A stretch of 64,000 nt of DNA from Octopus vulgaris (GCA_951406725.2 OX597829.1:46686001-46750000), one strand, 5' to 3'. Shown: positions 1 to 12,689, numbered from the stretch's first letter. Numbers and translations are program-made. The notes: generated from the sequence alone by a model not told the origin.

Positions 1-1424
1 TATTTTTGCCCAGTTCTTGGTAGAACTTTTTGGGGTCGGAGTTGAACTTTTTGTTCTGTTCAAAGAAGCGTTGGCGTTTCTCGTACCGGCGGATCCTTTG
101 AGCTTTGGCAAGGATATCTTGCTTCAGCTTTTCTTTTATCTCCGGCAAATCTTTTTCTGTGGTGTTATATTTGCGGAGCATTTTTGTTCTCTTTTTGTTG
201 CTCAGTAGCGTTGCTTGTTTGCTGATTTCATTAAGAATCGACAGGTCTTTTCTAATTTTTTTAATTTTGTTTTGGATGTTATTTATCCACAGGTTTTGTT
301 TGGGTGGTGGTACTCCTGTTCGGGCGGATTTGGGTGAGTATCCAGCTTCTTTTGTGGCTGCAGTGGCTGCTGCGTATATCAAGTCATTTAGTTCAGTGAT
401 ATCACTTTTTTTTGTTTCAGTGGCTAGTTCAGTGACGGCTAGGTTTATGTTGTTTATAATTGGTGTTGTTATTGCGTTTATTTTTATTCTTGGGAGGTAT
501 GGTCGGTGGTCCATTTTGAGCTCTGTGGTTTTTAGTTCTTTGATTATTTTATTTTTTATATTATCATAATCATTAGGCTCCCCTTCGTTGTTTACATCGT
601 GTTTGTTGGGAATGTTGCGTTTGTCTTCGTGTTTTACAGTTTCAGTGTTTATATTATTGGGCATTGTTGTGTGGCTTCTATCTACATTTTCCTGGTGTAT
701 GTTTTCTTTTAGGTGTTCTATTTCTATTTCTGATATTTTTTTTGTGTTGAGAATGTATCTTCGTACGTTAGCTAATTTATTAGGGTTCATTGCTGTATCC
801 AAGTCTAAATCTCTATTATTTTCCTTCCATATTTTATATGTATGTGTTGTTGTATTTTCATTTTTTGGGTAGAGTACTGCTGTGAAGTATGCGTGTAAGA
901 TAGAAATGTATTCCTCACGTGTCCATTTACGTCTTTTGGGTTTTATTTGCGGGACATGAGGTACAACGTCCGGCCCATTATTTTGACGGTCGTCATTTTC
1001 GTAGGGTACCGGTCCGTTTATTTCTGTTGTCACATTATTTCGCACGTGTAGTTTTTCGTACATTTTTTGTTGTAGGTTTAATGTACGTACCGCTCGATTG
1101 TTATTCTTGGGTTGAATAGTATCGGTGGCATTTAATTTCTTCGTAGTTCCTTTGTACATGGTGTTTGGGGTCGGAGATGATCGTGATGTTTCACGCATGT
1201 TTACATGTGTTGCGTTAGAGGTGGAGATGATATCGAGTCAAAATACATCATTTCGTTTCGAAAATAGTAATAAATTTCAGTTTGTATTACTTACTCGGAT
1301 ACAGTCCAATTCTTTGTTAGTAAAACTTTGGCTCCATAGGATGTCCATGTTTTCGATGTTTGTGGATAGGTTTCGGAGCTCTGAATTTTCCTTCTTACAT
1401 CTTAAAAGTCCCCCGGTGTTCTCC
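1..1424 (-). mobile_element. R4/Dong-clade non-LTR retrotransposon, 5' portion (5' UTR plus ORF start), continuing beyond the left edge
   Basis: Manual minus-strand translation gives R4-type N-terminal motifs (RRKWTREEY...NKLANVRRYI...KQDILAKAQRIRRYEKRQRFFEQNKKFNSDPKKFYQEL). The 5' end abuts (TAA)n at 1425-1497. Confidence 0.85.
2..1198 (-). CDS. N-terminal ~399 codons of the R4/Dong retrotransposon ORF (RT and REL domains expected beyond the window edge)
   Basis: First ATG at 1198-1196 follows an in-frame TGA at 1240-1238. No stop or frameshift down to position 2. Absent from the ORF track, presumably because it has no stop inside the window. Confidence 0.8.
   Translation of the reverse strand, partial: MRETSRSSPTPNTMYKGTTKKLNATDTIQPKNNNRAVRTLNLQQKMYEKLHVRNNVTTEINGPVPYENDDRQNNGPDVVPHVPQIKPKRRKWTREEYISILHAYFTAVLYPKNENTTTHTYKIWKENNRDLDLDTAMNPNKLANVRRYILNTKKISEIEIEHLKENIHQENVDRSHTTMPNNINTETVKHEDKRNIPNKHDVNNEGEPNDYDNIKNKIIKELKTTELKMDHRPYLPRIKINAITTPIINNINLAVTELATETKKSDITELNDLIYAAATAATKEAGYSPKSARTGVPPPKQNLWINNIQNKIKKIRKDLSILNEISKQATLLSNKKRTKMLRKYNTTEKDLPEIKEKLKQDILAKAQRIRRYEKRQRFFEQNKKFNSDPKKFYQELGKN

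Positions 1425-1497
<73 letters not shown>
1425..1497. repeat. (TTA/TAA)n microsatellite between two R4 copies
   Basis: Direct sequence. Confidence 0.95.
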
Positions 1498-1501
<4 letters not shown>

Positions 1502-2063
1502 TAGTTTTATTTTTATAGCGTGCTTTCACTTCACTACCGAGCGCAGCTCTGTGTGCCTTGGGTATGTGCTGTGATTTGTTGTGATGCTCTGATGGTTATT
1601 GTATGGAAAGTGTTCTGCGTAGGATGTGTGCAGTGCCTAGTAGTGCAATTTTCTGTATGTTATATGTGTTTGTAAGTCCTGGTGTTTTTGTTATGTATTT
1701 GTCTGAATATTTTTTTATCATGCCTAATTCCTACTATGATAGGAATTGTTTCTGTTTTCAGATTCCACATTCTAGTTACCTCTATTTCCAGGTCTTTGTA
1801 TTTTGAGAGTTTCTCCATTTCTTTTAGAGACACGTTGTCATCAGCCGGTATTGATACATCAATTAGAAAGCATTTTTTTTCTTCATGATCTCTGACAACT
1901 ATATCTGGTCTGTTGGCCTTATTTTCTCTATCTGTGTGTATCGGCATATCCCAGAGTATGGTTGCTTTCTCGTTTTCTGTGACCTTTTCTTGTGTGTGCC
2001 TATACCATCTTTTTTCTGTTGTTATTCCATAATGTTGGCATAGCTTCCAATGTATGTAGGTTC

Positions 2064-2064
<1 letters not shown>
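1498..2064 (-). mobile_element. 5'-truncated R4/Dong copy: restriction-like endonuclease (REL) domain and 3' UTR
   Basis: NRPDIVVRDHEEKKCFLIDVSIP...EKLSKYKDL...IPIIVG, then after a frameshift IQKIALLGTAHILRRTLSIQ* (stop 1598-1596). Flanked on both sides by (TAA)n (1425-1497 and 2065-2107). Confidence 0.9.
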
Positions 2065-2106
<42 letters not shown>

Positions 2107-2687
2107 GAGTACACACATGCATTCACACAAACATATAGGATTATAGAAGCCATTACAAAAGGAGAGCCTGGAAGACATCTGCAAAAATCTTCATCACTAA
2201 TTTCACCAAGAGTAGAAAATAGAAAGCCCTCCTGCCTAATATTTAACTGTCATAGATTACCAATCCTAGGTAATTTTATACATCAAGCTTATAGTTTATT
2301 GGCATTTAATCGCTTATTAAAAGGCTTCAATATAGATATTTTTCACTGGAGTATATTGCCGTGATAAATGGATTACTGTCATGCTATGCAGTAGTTTACT
2401 TAATTAATCTTCTTAATTTATCTTCTATACTTATGAATTCATACTCTGTTTCTCTTTCAATTTACTAACATAAAATTTTATTATATTTATTACTAGCCGT
2501 ATAAGTTACAAGTTTTTAACATTAATCTTATAAAGAAACGTTAACTAAGAGAGAAACTTCAGTGAGAAATTAATTTAATCAGAGAATATTCCCCATCACT
2601 CTATATCAGAGGAGTATTTTGGAAGACGAAAACAATCGGATTTGACTTAACTTCTGGCTCGAAACTTAGACTTGCGTCCTTGTATTA

Positions 2688-2950
2688 TTTTACTTGTTTC
2701 AATCATTGGAGTTCAACCATGACGGGCATCACTTTTACTGGCTTCAGTGAATCAAATTGATCCCCCCCCACAACAGTATTCATTTTAAATCAGGTATTTG
2801 CTTTGTCGGTGTTTATCAGATTCATTAACAAGACATCGGTCGTCACGGAGCCATAGCAGGAAACACTCAGACACTTACCCAATGAGCTACGTAGTGCGTT
2901 GAAGCCGAAACCACGTGATTGTGAAGTAAACTTCTTAACAGCACTGTACA
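2688..2950 (-). mobile_element. Degenerate SINE family B copy
   Basis: TTTTACTTGTTTCAATCATT tail and head-like GAAGCCGAAACCACGTGATTG resemble the younger B copies. Confidence 0.5.
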
Positions 2951-3839
2951 GGTGTTCCACCATTGCAATGAGAAATTCCCTATCTTTTATAGGGTCTGGA
3001 GATTCTAACACGACATAAATGCCATAAGTTGTTTAATGCACATAATGTTGAGGCCGTTATTCTTCTTGCCATTAATCACAATAGCCTTGGAATTGTTGAA
3101 TTCAATCGATTTCTCATCTGAAATCATGTGATCTTTCGTCTTCAATGTAGTAGTATGTCAATCATATCGAGCACATTGAGCATATATTACACCTTCTACG
3201 AAGCTCACTCTTTACGATTTCAAGGGACTTTACAGTTCCTATATTCAATTCTTTAGGTCAAAGAAATGGGAAAATTCTACTTTCCCGTCCTGATTTATCT
3301 GGAAACGCAGGTACAATGAAGGGAACATCCCGAATAAACGAAACAGATTCATAAAATTCTTGTCTATGAGCCATGCAAAATAGCCTCAGTTGTTGATGAA
3401 AATAAACTTATCCTGCGACCTGTCCTGATAAACAAGTACGGACCTTACTAATAACCAATAAGGTGTACATTTACCTGCGGCATATACCGGACTTACCAGG
3501 TGTAATTTATACCCATCCACACCCCCATTCATAAAATTCTTCTGAATGGTCACATGTATTTTACTTGCGTGCAAATCAGCAAGTACATACGTATAAAATA
3601 TACTCGTGCGCGCGCTGCACATACACACGCGCACACACAAATACCCATGCTTTCAGACTTACATATCCATTTATACAATAAATTATTTTATAAGTGTATT
3701 GATTGATCCTGGCATTGCCTCTGTTTTCATTCCCCAGTTTCCCCTATTCAAGTTATCTCTAATTGTTGATCTTTATATCTGGATATGATTCTTGAAACAT
3801 CTGGAGATATACAGTCGTGAGATGTAATATTTATTCCCA

Positions 3840-4266
3840 CGTAAACAAGGATGTCTTGTTAGAAGACAGAATACTGCGATAGATACCATGAGAGAAACCA
3901 CCATATAGGCTTTTGGTACAGAATGCACACTTGCTTGTTTATATCACCAGCGGAGAAACTAACCCCAACCAACTTCAGGGCCAAGACCACCAGATCACGT
4001 AATTTTATTATTACTTGATCTCATCGGTGTTAGACGCTCGACAGCAAGAAATTGCAGCGACTTGCCTCTTCGTTAGCGATATACAGAAAACCAGTGCCAG
4101 AACAGGCACTGGTGTCGCGATTAGCCAATTAGCTTGTTAAAAACTATATTTTTGCGACAGGGTTGGTGGGGATGTAACTCTCCGCTGGCGATATAAACAA
4201 ACAAGCGGTTTCTCTCATGGTATTTGCCACAGTATAATTTGTTCTAACAGAACATCCCCGTTTAAC
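3840..4266. mobile_element. Old foldback/MITE-like element with long imperfect inverted arms
   Basis: ATACCATGAGAGAAACC (~3883) pairs with GGTTTCTCTCATGGTAT (~4207). TTGTTTATATCACCAGCGGAGA pairs with TCTCCGCTGGCGATATAAACAA. Confidence 0.6.
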
Positions 4267-5006
4267 TAGTCATAATATTTATGACTACTCTGTCGCTAAT
4301 ATATATAATTGTGATAATTGATATATCAATGTAAGCATATCATGTTAGTCTAGAATTAAAACACATCAACACGCTATAACCCAAGGTGGCCCATGGGCTT
4401 ATGTCTCTTACTTCTTCCAATATAGCGTATGTATCTACTAGCTTATTAATTGCATACCAACTGCATTCGGATTCGTCTGACTTAGTCGTGTCTTCTTTCT
4501 TTATCTTTACTCTTTCTCATGGCATTCCTCATGTTTCCTTCTCTCTTTATGCTTTTTGCTTCTCCTACCCTCGACACTACTTTCGATTTTTTTTTCTTCC
4601 CATCCATAGAATATTACTTGGAGACAATAAACTTACAGACGTTAAAGCTGACTATCAACTCTATCGATCTGACAAGTCTGAAAATATTTGCAAAAATTTA
4701 TAAATGGCCTCTTTTCCTCAATATCGCAGAGAGACAGAGACAGAGACAGGGAGAGATGGAGAGATAGAGAGAAGATGGAGAGCGAGAGAAAGAGAGAGGG
4801 TGATGGGTTGGGAGGCAGAGGTGCGGAGGGAGAAAAAAAGTGAGGAATTAAGACAGAAGAGAGAGAGAGAGAGAGAGAGAAGAGAACTCTACCGCAATGC
4901 TACTCGTGCATTCCCCAAAGAAACAAATTTCGATTCTTCATTTTACTCAACTCATTTACATTATATAATTTGAAATGTCTCTGTCAGTTACAGCTTCTCA
5001 AATACA

Positions 5007-5277
<271 letters not shown>

Positions 5278-6137
5278 AAATTGCGAAAATCCTTATATGC
5301 CATCTTCATACGGAAATTCGTTGACAACTTTTCAATGCCTGCTTATTTTCCACGTCTCACCTCACTCACTCACTCTATACTTCTCTGCATCAACTTAACT
5401 CTGAATAACCATCATACTCTTCTTGGCTTTATATATATGTGCGACGCAAACATGCGCACACGCACATACACAAATACATATACACCCCGTGTGTGTGTGT
5501 GTGTGTGTTGTTATTCTCTTTATGTGTCTATCATGAAGTTTATTTACTTTTCAAATCATTGACATTAATTTATGATTGAGTAATCTGTTATTCTCAGAAT
5601 AGTAATAATAATGCACCGAAATGTCACAGGAACATTTATCTCGTTATATTTTACATCAGATGTTACATTCTTACGTTCGTTGGAAACATCATCATAGAGT
5701 CTATTTTATGTACTTAAAATACCGACACGAATGTTATATATATATACACTAAACATCCACAGGTATTCTTTTAATATGTATGTCTATATAATATAATGTC
5801 TACGCTCATATAAACACATAAGCATACACACTCACACCATACGCGCACAAACACACATATATGCGTATATCATATATATACATATACATATTTCATATTA
5901 CATATTCAATAGCGATAGATGAATGTGACCAAGGAGAAACGCATGTTTGTAAATATTGCAAGCATCAGAACAAACTACTCGCCATGGAACATTTATCTCG
6001 TACTAGAAAAGTGTTGTCGTTGATATTGAAGTGTGATATATATATATATATATATATATATGTTTGTATGTATGTATGTATGTATATAAGCTAAAAGGTA
6101 TATATCATAACTTTTATTATCTAATAATGATAATATA

Positions 6138-7363
6138 TTAGGTTGGCAACTAAGTTACCACGGATTTTAAAATTTAAATTTTTAAAAAGATTTAATAGAA
6201 AATAGCAACTAATTAATCAATAATGTTGTTTACAACTTCTTCCCAACGTTCAACAAGATTTTCAATACCTTGTTAGTAGAAATCACCAGATTTCGACTCG
6301 AAAAATTGATCCAACCAAGTCCTCAATTCTGCATCAGTATAGAACGAAACTCCGCGCATAGCATTTGAAAGAGATCGAAAGAGGTGGAAACCCGTTTGTG
6401 CCAAATCAGGAGAGTATGGTAGATGTGGCAGCACTTCCTAGCCATGCATTTGAATGGCTTCCTTGGTCATATTTGCGATATGAGGGCGGGCGTTGTCGTG
6501 CAGCAGAACTCCATGATGACGATTAGGTCATTTCTCTTGAATAGCCGTATTGGGTCATTCCATCTGTTGAACATAGAGTTCTCGTTGACCGTTTGGTTCT
6601 GTTCAAGCAATTCGCAATGGATAATCCCTTCCCAGTCCCACCATACGTACAACATCGTTTTACATAGATGAAGATCTTGTTTCACGTGTGAGTCACTTGT
6701 TTACCGGAGCCAAGTCATTCCTTATACTGCTTCATATTGATGTATAGGAACCGTTTTTCGTCGCCAGTATCGATTTGGTAAAGAAATTGTTGCTTGTGTC
6801 TATGAGTTAAGCGGTGACGAGCAAGCAAACCAGTGGAGATTGTGACTCGTTGAGTTTTGTTGTTCTCACTTAAAGCATGCAGAACCCATGCTCCATACTT
6901 CTGAACCTTTCCCATCGAGTGAAGATGCTTCTCTATAGCAGTGTGTGAGCATTCCATTTTCTCTCCCAGTTCCCTTGTCGTGTGACGAGAATTGTCGTGC
7001 AAAAGTTGGTTTAATCGCTCTTCATCGAACTCAACTGGACGGCCAGAACGAGGTGCGTCTTTGAGGTCAAAATTTCCATTTTTGAACTTGGCATACCAAT
7101 CAAGAGCGTTTCTTTCAGCTATGGCACCTTCTCCATACACCACACAAATGTCGCGAGCAGCTTTTGCGGCCTTAGAACCTTGATTAAAAGCAAAAAGGAG
7201 GTGTCGAAAATGCTAGTTTTTCTTAACTTGACATTAAATTTTAATGATCGAAAATGAAAAAAATTAACTAAAATTAACTAGAAAAAAAAAAAAATTCCAA
7301 AATTTAGAAACGCAATAAATTCCAAAATTTAAAAAAACCGTGGAAACTTAGTTGCCAACCCAA
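6138..7363 (-). mobile_element. Near full-length mariner (Tc1/mariner) DNA transposon, inactivated
   Basis: TIRs TTAGGTTGGCAACTAAGTTACCACGG and CCGTGGAAACTTAGTTGCCAACCCAA, each flanked by TA; element about 1.23 kb. Confidence 0.92.
6220..7230 (-). pseudogene. Fragmented mariner DD34D transposase
   Basis: Motifs WYAKFKNG, PRSGRP, WVLHAL (canonical WVPHEL), TGDEKRFLY, VWWDWEGIIH and PYSPDLAQTG are spread over several frames with stops; the third catalytic Asp appears mutated. Confidence 0.88.
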
Positions 7364-7374
7364 TATATTTATAG

Positions 7375-7451
<77 letters not shown>

Positions 7452-7949
7452 TGTGTGAGTGTGTGTGTGTGTAACCAAAACTCCAATTATAACAACAACA
7501 ATAGCGATGATAATAACAACACCCCACACAGACACATCATCCACACCACTACCAACTTCGACACCACCCACAACAATAACAATCTCAACAACAGTGATGG
7601 GCGCAACGCCAACACTACCACCATCACACCACCACTAGCAACAACAATTTCAGCAACTACAACAACAACCACAACGATAACACCCTACAATCTGTCTTCA
7701 ATAACCCCAACAACAAATCATACGACACGACGAGGATCTACCCCACAAAGTTACTCTTCAACAAGAGGGTATGTGTCCCATCACTGATTGACAGTGAGAC
7801 AGAAGCAAAGATTTCCTTAGCTAGAAATAGACTCCGACACATCTTAGGTCGGTACAACAAAACCACTAAAAAACATAATGAAGGGGAGACCCACCAACTC
7901 AGTACATTTGCTTCCAAAGGCCTACGAAGCTGAAACAACGAATTAGGAA

Positions 7950-8560
7950 CAGGGAATTAGTGTGCCTTCCTACGGACAAGTCTTGCAGACTGTCAACAGA
8001 CAGCTCACAGAACTATGTCCAGATCATGAAACAACACCTCAGTAGCATGAGAGAAGTTGCACCACAAGAGCATGAAAGAGTGGAAACACTCCTCAATACA
8101 CACATGGAAATGAGGTGCAATATACACCAACCCAAGAAACGGACTGTACAAAATTTCTGTAGAAGCATCAACCCATGGAGAACTAGCCCGGACATTTAGG
8201 AAAGTTCTGAAGGAGGCTAAACTCAACATTAAGATCGTCGAAAAACCAGGGAGCTCCATCAAATCACAACAATGAAGGACGTATCCTTCTGAGAATACCA
8301 CACGCACCATTAATAACTGAATGGTATGTAAGATTAACCCTGACATTAACTGTAGAGCTAGAAATGTAGTCAACAGCATAAGGTGCATAGACAAGAATAT
8401 AATATACATAGATAAGGTGTAAAGACAAGAATATAATATACATAGATGAGATATTTAGAAGCATTGCGGAAAGACAAAATAAACATTTGAGACAATCTGA
8501 CGACAAAAAAGAATAAAAACAGTCCTCCATAGTCCACCAACATGGAGGCACACTATATAA
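7950..8560 (+). mobile_element. Degenerate Penelope-like element fragment (pre-RT segment plus GIY-YIG endonuclease)
   Basis: LPTDKSCRLS near 7966, and CKINPDINCRARNVVNSIRC.DKNIIYIDEIFRSIAERQNKHL (8327-8490) resembling the PLE GIY-YIG pattern NVVY..C...YIGET...ER..EH. Contains a ~34-bp internal tandem duplication. Confidence 0.6.
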
Positions 8561-8574
8561 AAGCAGGTAGTAAT

Positions 8575-8698
8575 TTTGCGTTATGCTTATTCTTAGTGTA
8601 CCTTTCGAAGAGTGCAGTTCGAATTTAGCAGTTACTTTTTCAAAGCTATAATGGAAGTGACAGAAGAACATATTCGGCATGTTTTGATTTATGAGGAA
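8575..8698 (+). mobile_element. 5' fragment of a second mariner family
   Basis: ATG near 8650 starts MEVTEEHIRHVLIYE, a typical mariner N-terminus, then the frame is truncated. Confidence 0.5.
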
Positions 8699-9337
8699 GC
8701 ATTCATAGGTGTTTGTGTGTATGCGGGCGTGTGACAGTGCGTGTGCGCATGCGTGCGAGTGTGTGTGTGTGCGTGCGTGCGTGTGAGTGTATCTGTGTGT
8801 TTGTGTATGTGCACATATCGTTTTTATTGTAGCTTGTGTTCAGTGATGATTGATTGAGGTAAAAAAACCCACAAGAATACGTTACGTACAACAAGTATTT
8901 TAACACGACCACACACGTGTGTAAATACACACGTGTGTAAATACACACATGCGTATACAAACACAGGCGTTTATCTAGATACAAATATGCATTCTAGCCA
9001 ATATTTACTCACACACTTCAAGTCATTAAGTACCCCCATGATAAATCTCTTTAAAAGAAAAACACCCAATAAATATGGAAGGAATACACAAAGAAAATTA
9101 AATAAAGGAAACTGTTTACTTGTGTTAAAAGAACTTTTGTAAACATTACTTGTCAAAGATGTAAAGTACCTGAGTAAATGGTTCTATGACATCATCTTAT
9201 CACGGGCTATCTTAAGTTTTGATGCCTCCCATTAAATTATCATGTTCTATTTTTCCTACATTATATTACTGTTATAAACCCAAACTCGAATATCAAAGTT
9301 TTAAAAGGTTTTAATCGAGTAAAAAAATACAGCAATA

Positions 9338-10346
9338 TACCTATATACCTATTTCTATACTACCCACAGGGGGCTAAACACAGAGAGGACAAACAAGGAC
9401 AGACAAAGGGGATTAAGTCGATTATATCGACCTCAGTGGGTAACTGGTACTTATTTCATCGACCTCAAAAGGATGAAAGGCAAAGTCGACCTCGGCGGAA
9501 TTTGAACTCTGAACGTAACGGCAGACGAAATACCTATTTCTATTTCTTTACTACCCACAAGGGGCTAAACACAGAGAGGACAAACAAGGACAGACAAAGG
9601 GGATTAAGTCGATTATATCGAACCCAGTGTGTAACTGGTACTTATTTCATCGACCTCAAAAGGATGAAAGGCAAAGTCGACCTCGGCGGAATTTGAACTC
9701 AGAACGTAACGGCAGACGAAATACCTATTTCTATTTCTTTACTACTCACAAGGGGCTAAACACAGAGAGGACAAACAAGGACAGACAAAGGGGATTAAAT
9801 CGATTATATCGAACCCAGTGCGCAACTGGTACTTATTTAATCGACCCCAAAAGTATGAAAGGCAAAGTCGACCTCGGCGGAATTTGAACTCTGAACGTAA
9901 CGGCAGACGAAATACCTATTTCTATTTCTTTACTACCCACAAGGGGCTAAACACAGAGGGGACAAACAAGGACAGACAAAGGGGATTAAGTCGATTATAT
10001 CGACCCCAGTGCGTAACTGGTACTTATTTAATCGACCCCAAAAGGATGAAAGGCAAAGTTGACCTCGGCGGAATTTGAACTCTGAACGTAACGGCAGACG
10101 AAATACCTATTTCTATTTCTTTACTACCCACAAGGGGCTAAACACAGAGGGGACAAACAAGGACAGACAAAGGGGATTAAGTCGATTATATCGACCCCAG
10201 TGCGTAACTGGTACTTATTTAATCGACCCCAAAAGAATGAAAGGCAAAGTCGACCTCGGCGGAATTTGAACTCAGAACGTAACGGCAGACGAAATATCAC
10301 TCAACATTTCGCTCGGCGTGCTAACGTTTCTGCCAGCTCGCCGCCA
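9338..10346 (-). mobile_element. Head-to-tail array of 5 SINE family A units (~191 bp period) with a single tRNA-like head
   Basis: Near-identical ORF-track hits start at 9436, 9627, 9818 and 10200. Only the rightmost unit has the 5' head GGCGGCGAGCTGGCAGAAACGTTAGC (A-box-like); each unit has the B-box-like GAGTTCAAATTCC. Confidence 0.9.
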
Positions 10347-10679
10347 CCATACAAACAAATATTGCTAAATTGTAAGCAAACCAAACTTCAACACAATAAC
10401 ATTTTTCTGCAGCGAGTTGCTACATTCTAGACTAACTAAAATCAACGCTGAACATGTCATCTGCAAACAGGCATATAACAGCAATCAAGACAATCAAAAT
10501 CATGTGGTCAAAACTGAAATCACAACATTACCATTTAAATTTAACAGTAATTAGCTTTAATTTAATAAGCTATATTTCATTTATTACTTCTCTTTCTTTT
10601 CCTGACATAAGGGCAAACTTCGGAGATCATTTTCGTCTTTAAATATAGTGGAGGGAATTAGCGCCACTAAGTGCATTCG

Positions 10680-10761
<82 letters not shown>

Positions 10762-10860
10762 AACCTATCTATAAATCGATCTATCTGCTATCTCTCTGAC
10801 TAGCTCTCTCTATCTATCTATCTATCTATCTCTCTATCTATCTATCTCTCTATCTATTTG

Positions 10861-10901
<41 letters not shown>

Positions 10902-10966
10902 CTGTCTATCTGTCTATCTATCTGTTTATCTATTTATCTGTCTGTCTATCTATCTATCTATCTATA

Positions 10967-11005
<39 letters not shown>

Positions 11006-11247
11006 ATATATATATATATATATATATCAATCTATCTATCTATCTATCTATCTATCTGTCTATCTATCTATCTATCTATATATATATATATATATATATA
11101 TATAATCTATCTATCTATATCTATCTGTATATCTGTGTATTTGTCTATCTATCTCCCTATATCTATATCTCTATTTATCTATCAATATATCTATCTATAC
11201 ATCTATCTATGTGTGTGTTTGTCCATATACATACATACATGATTACA

Positions 11248-11280
<33 letters not shown>
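10680..11280. repeat. Compound (TCTA)n/(TC)n/(TA)n microsatellite
   Basis: Direct sequence. Confidence 0.95.
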
Positions 11281-11282
<2 letters not shown>

Positions 11283-11369
11283 CATCGCTACTACTGCTAC
11301 TCATTCAACTCCAGTAGGTGTCACGATGAGGTTCCAGAACACTACAGTGTTTTCAAGTAGCTAAATTGA

Positions 11370-11790
11370 GTTGATGAATCACCAAGGTATATCAACTTGA
11401 AATAATCTGCTAACTGGAATAGTTCATCCTAAACATACTGTTTCGTTGAAGAAGCTCTTTTGCCCAGACTATGTCATGCAGTTTCGCTGAACGAAGATCA
11501 TACATCGAATGAAGATTAATGCATCCAACTTCACATCTGCCATGCTCGGGTATCTTTTTGTCATTGAGGCTATCTTTTCTAAATAGAGACTATTAGATAG
11601 TCGTTGATTCTTACGAGTTAATCCGCTCTTCGGCGGGCTTTGTTTTACACATCACGCAGAACGTCAAAACCACTCTTCAGCAAGCAGCTTGGTAGAGTTG
11701 TCGATTTAGTCGCCGATTACCCGAGTGTGAAACAGTTTCTGCTATGTTCCATGCTGCCAGCAACAACTTCCTCTTTGCTGGTCCAGTTAC
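11370..11790 (-). mobile_element. Possible highly decayed RTE-like LINE remnant
   Basis: LLLAAWNI resembles an APE N-terminal motif and KLIYLG resembles the RT YLG motif; otherwise unreadable. Confidence 0.25.
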
Positions 11791-12066
11791 TAATCTGAAA
11801 AGGGTTTTAGATGTACGATTGTTTTGCTCAAGCCTTAGATCTGTCTGTTTCTTTGTATCCCTTTTTCTCTTTGTTTCTTTTTTTGCATATACATACATGC
11901 ACACACGCGTGCACACGCATATACAGCTCTCACACAAACACACACACACACACACACGAATGTATGTATTTATAGATGTACATATGCATGTATCTAACTG
12001 TATAAATATTTCCTTATACCATCTATACTATATGTATATATAAGTATCTAGCACACACACACACAC

Positions 12067-12117
<51 letters not shown>

Positions 12118-12689
12118 GTATGAACATATATATAAATAAATAAATATATATATATGTATATATATGTGTGTGCGTATATGTATAGATAAGAATATATTCA
12201 CTATATACTTATGTAAGTGTGTGTATACACACATACACACACATACACACACACAAGCACCGCTTCATGAGTACGTTACGCCCATTCAAGTGTGTAGTTG
12301 AAAAGAAAATTCAAAGTTTCAAAATTTTTAATTTTGAAGACGAAAAAAAAAACAAAAAAAAAAGACAAATTTCTTTTCAAATTCATAAAAAGTAATGAAT
12401 AGCAAAATGTCGCACACTGAAATTATGCATTAATAAACAGAACAAGGTTAGTGAGATCATGTGAATAGCAACCATTTTGTGTGACTCTGAGTTCATGCTT
12501 TTGTAGAACAAAGCAGACAGGAGTGATTATTCTTCTGTATTTCATTTTTGCACAAGTGAAACTGATCTACTCCCAGCTATAGCAAAGTTATAAACCAAGC
12601 AATATTACCCAAGAATTCTAACCATAATATTATTGTTTATAACCATACTATTTATGAAATTTATTTTTAATGTAGTAAATGCTGCGATG

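Noticed and set aside
17-1574. Hydrophobic plus-strand ORFs that look like membrane proteins
   Set aside because: They are antisense shadows of the A-rich R4 ORF plus (TTA)n.
9338-10346. CRISPR-like or multi-gene interpretation of the 191-bp array
   Set aside because: No unique spacers, no cas genes, eukaryotic context; units are SINE bodies and the 86-aa ORFs are incidental.
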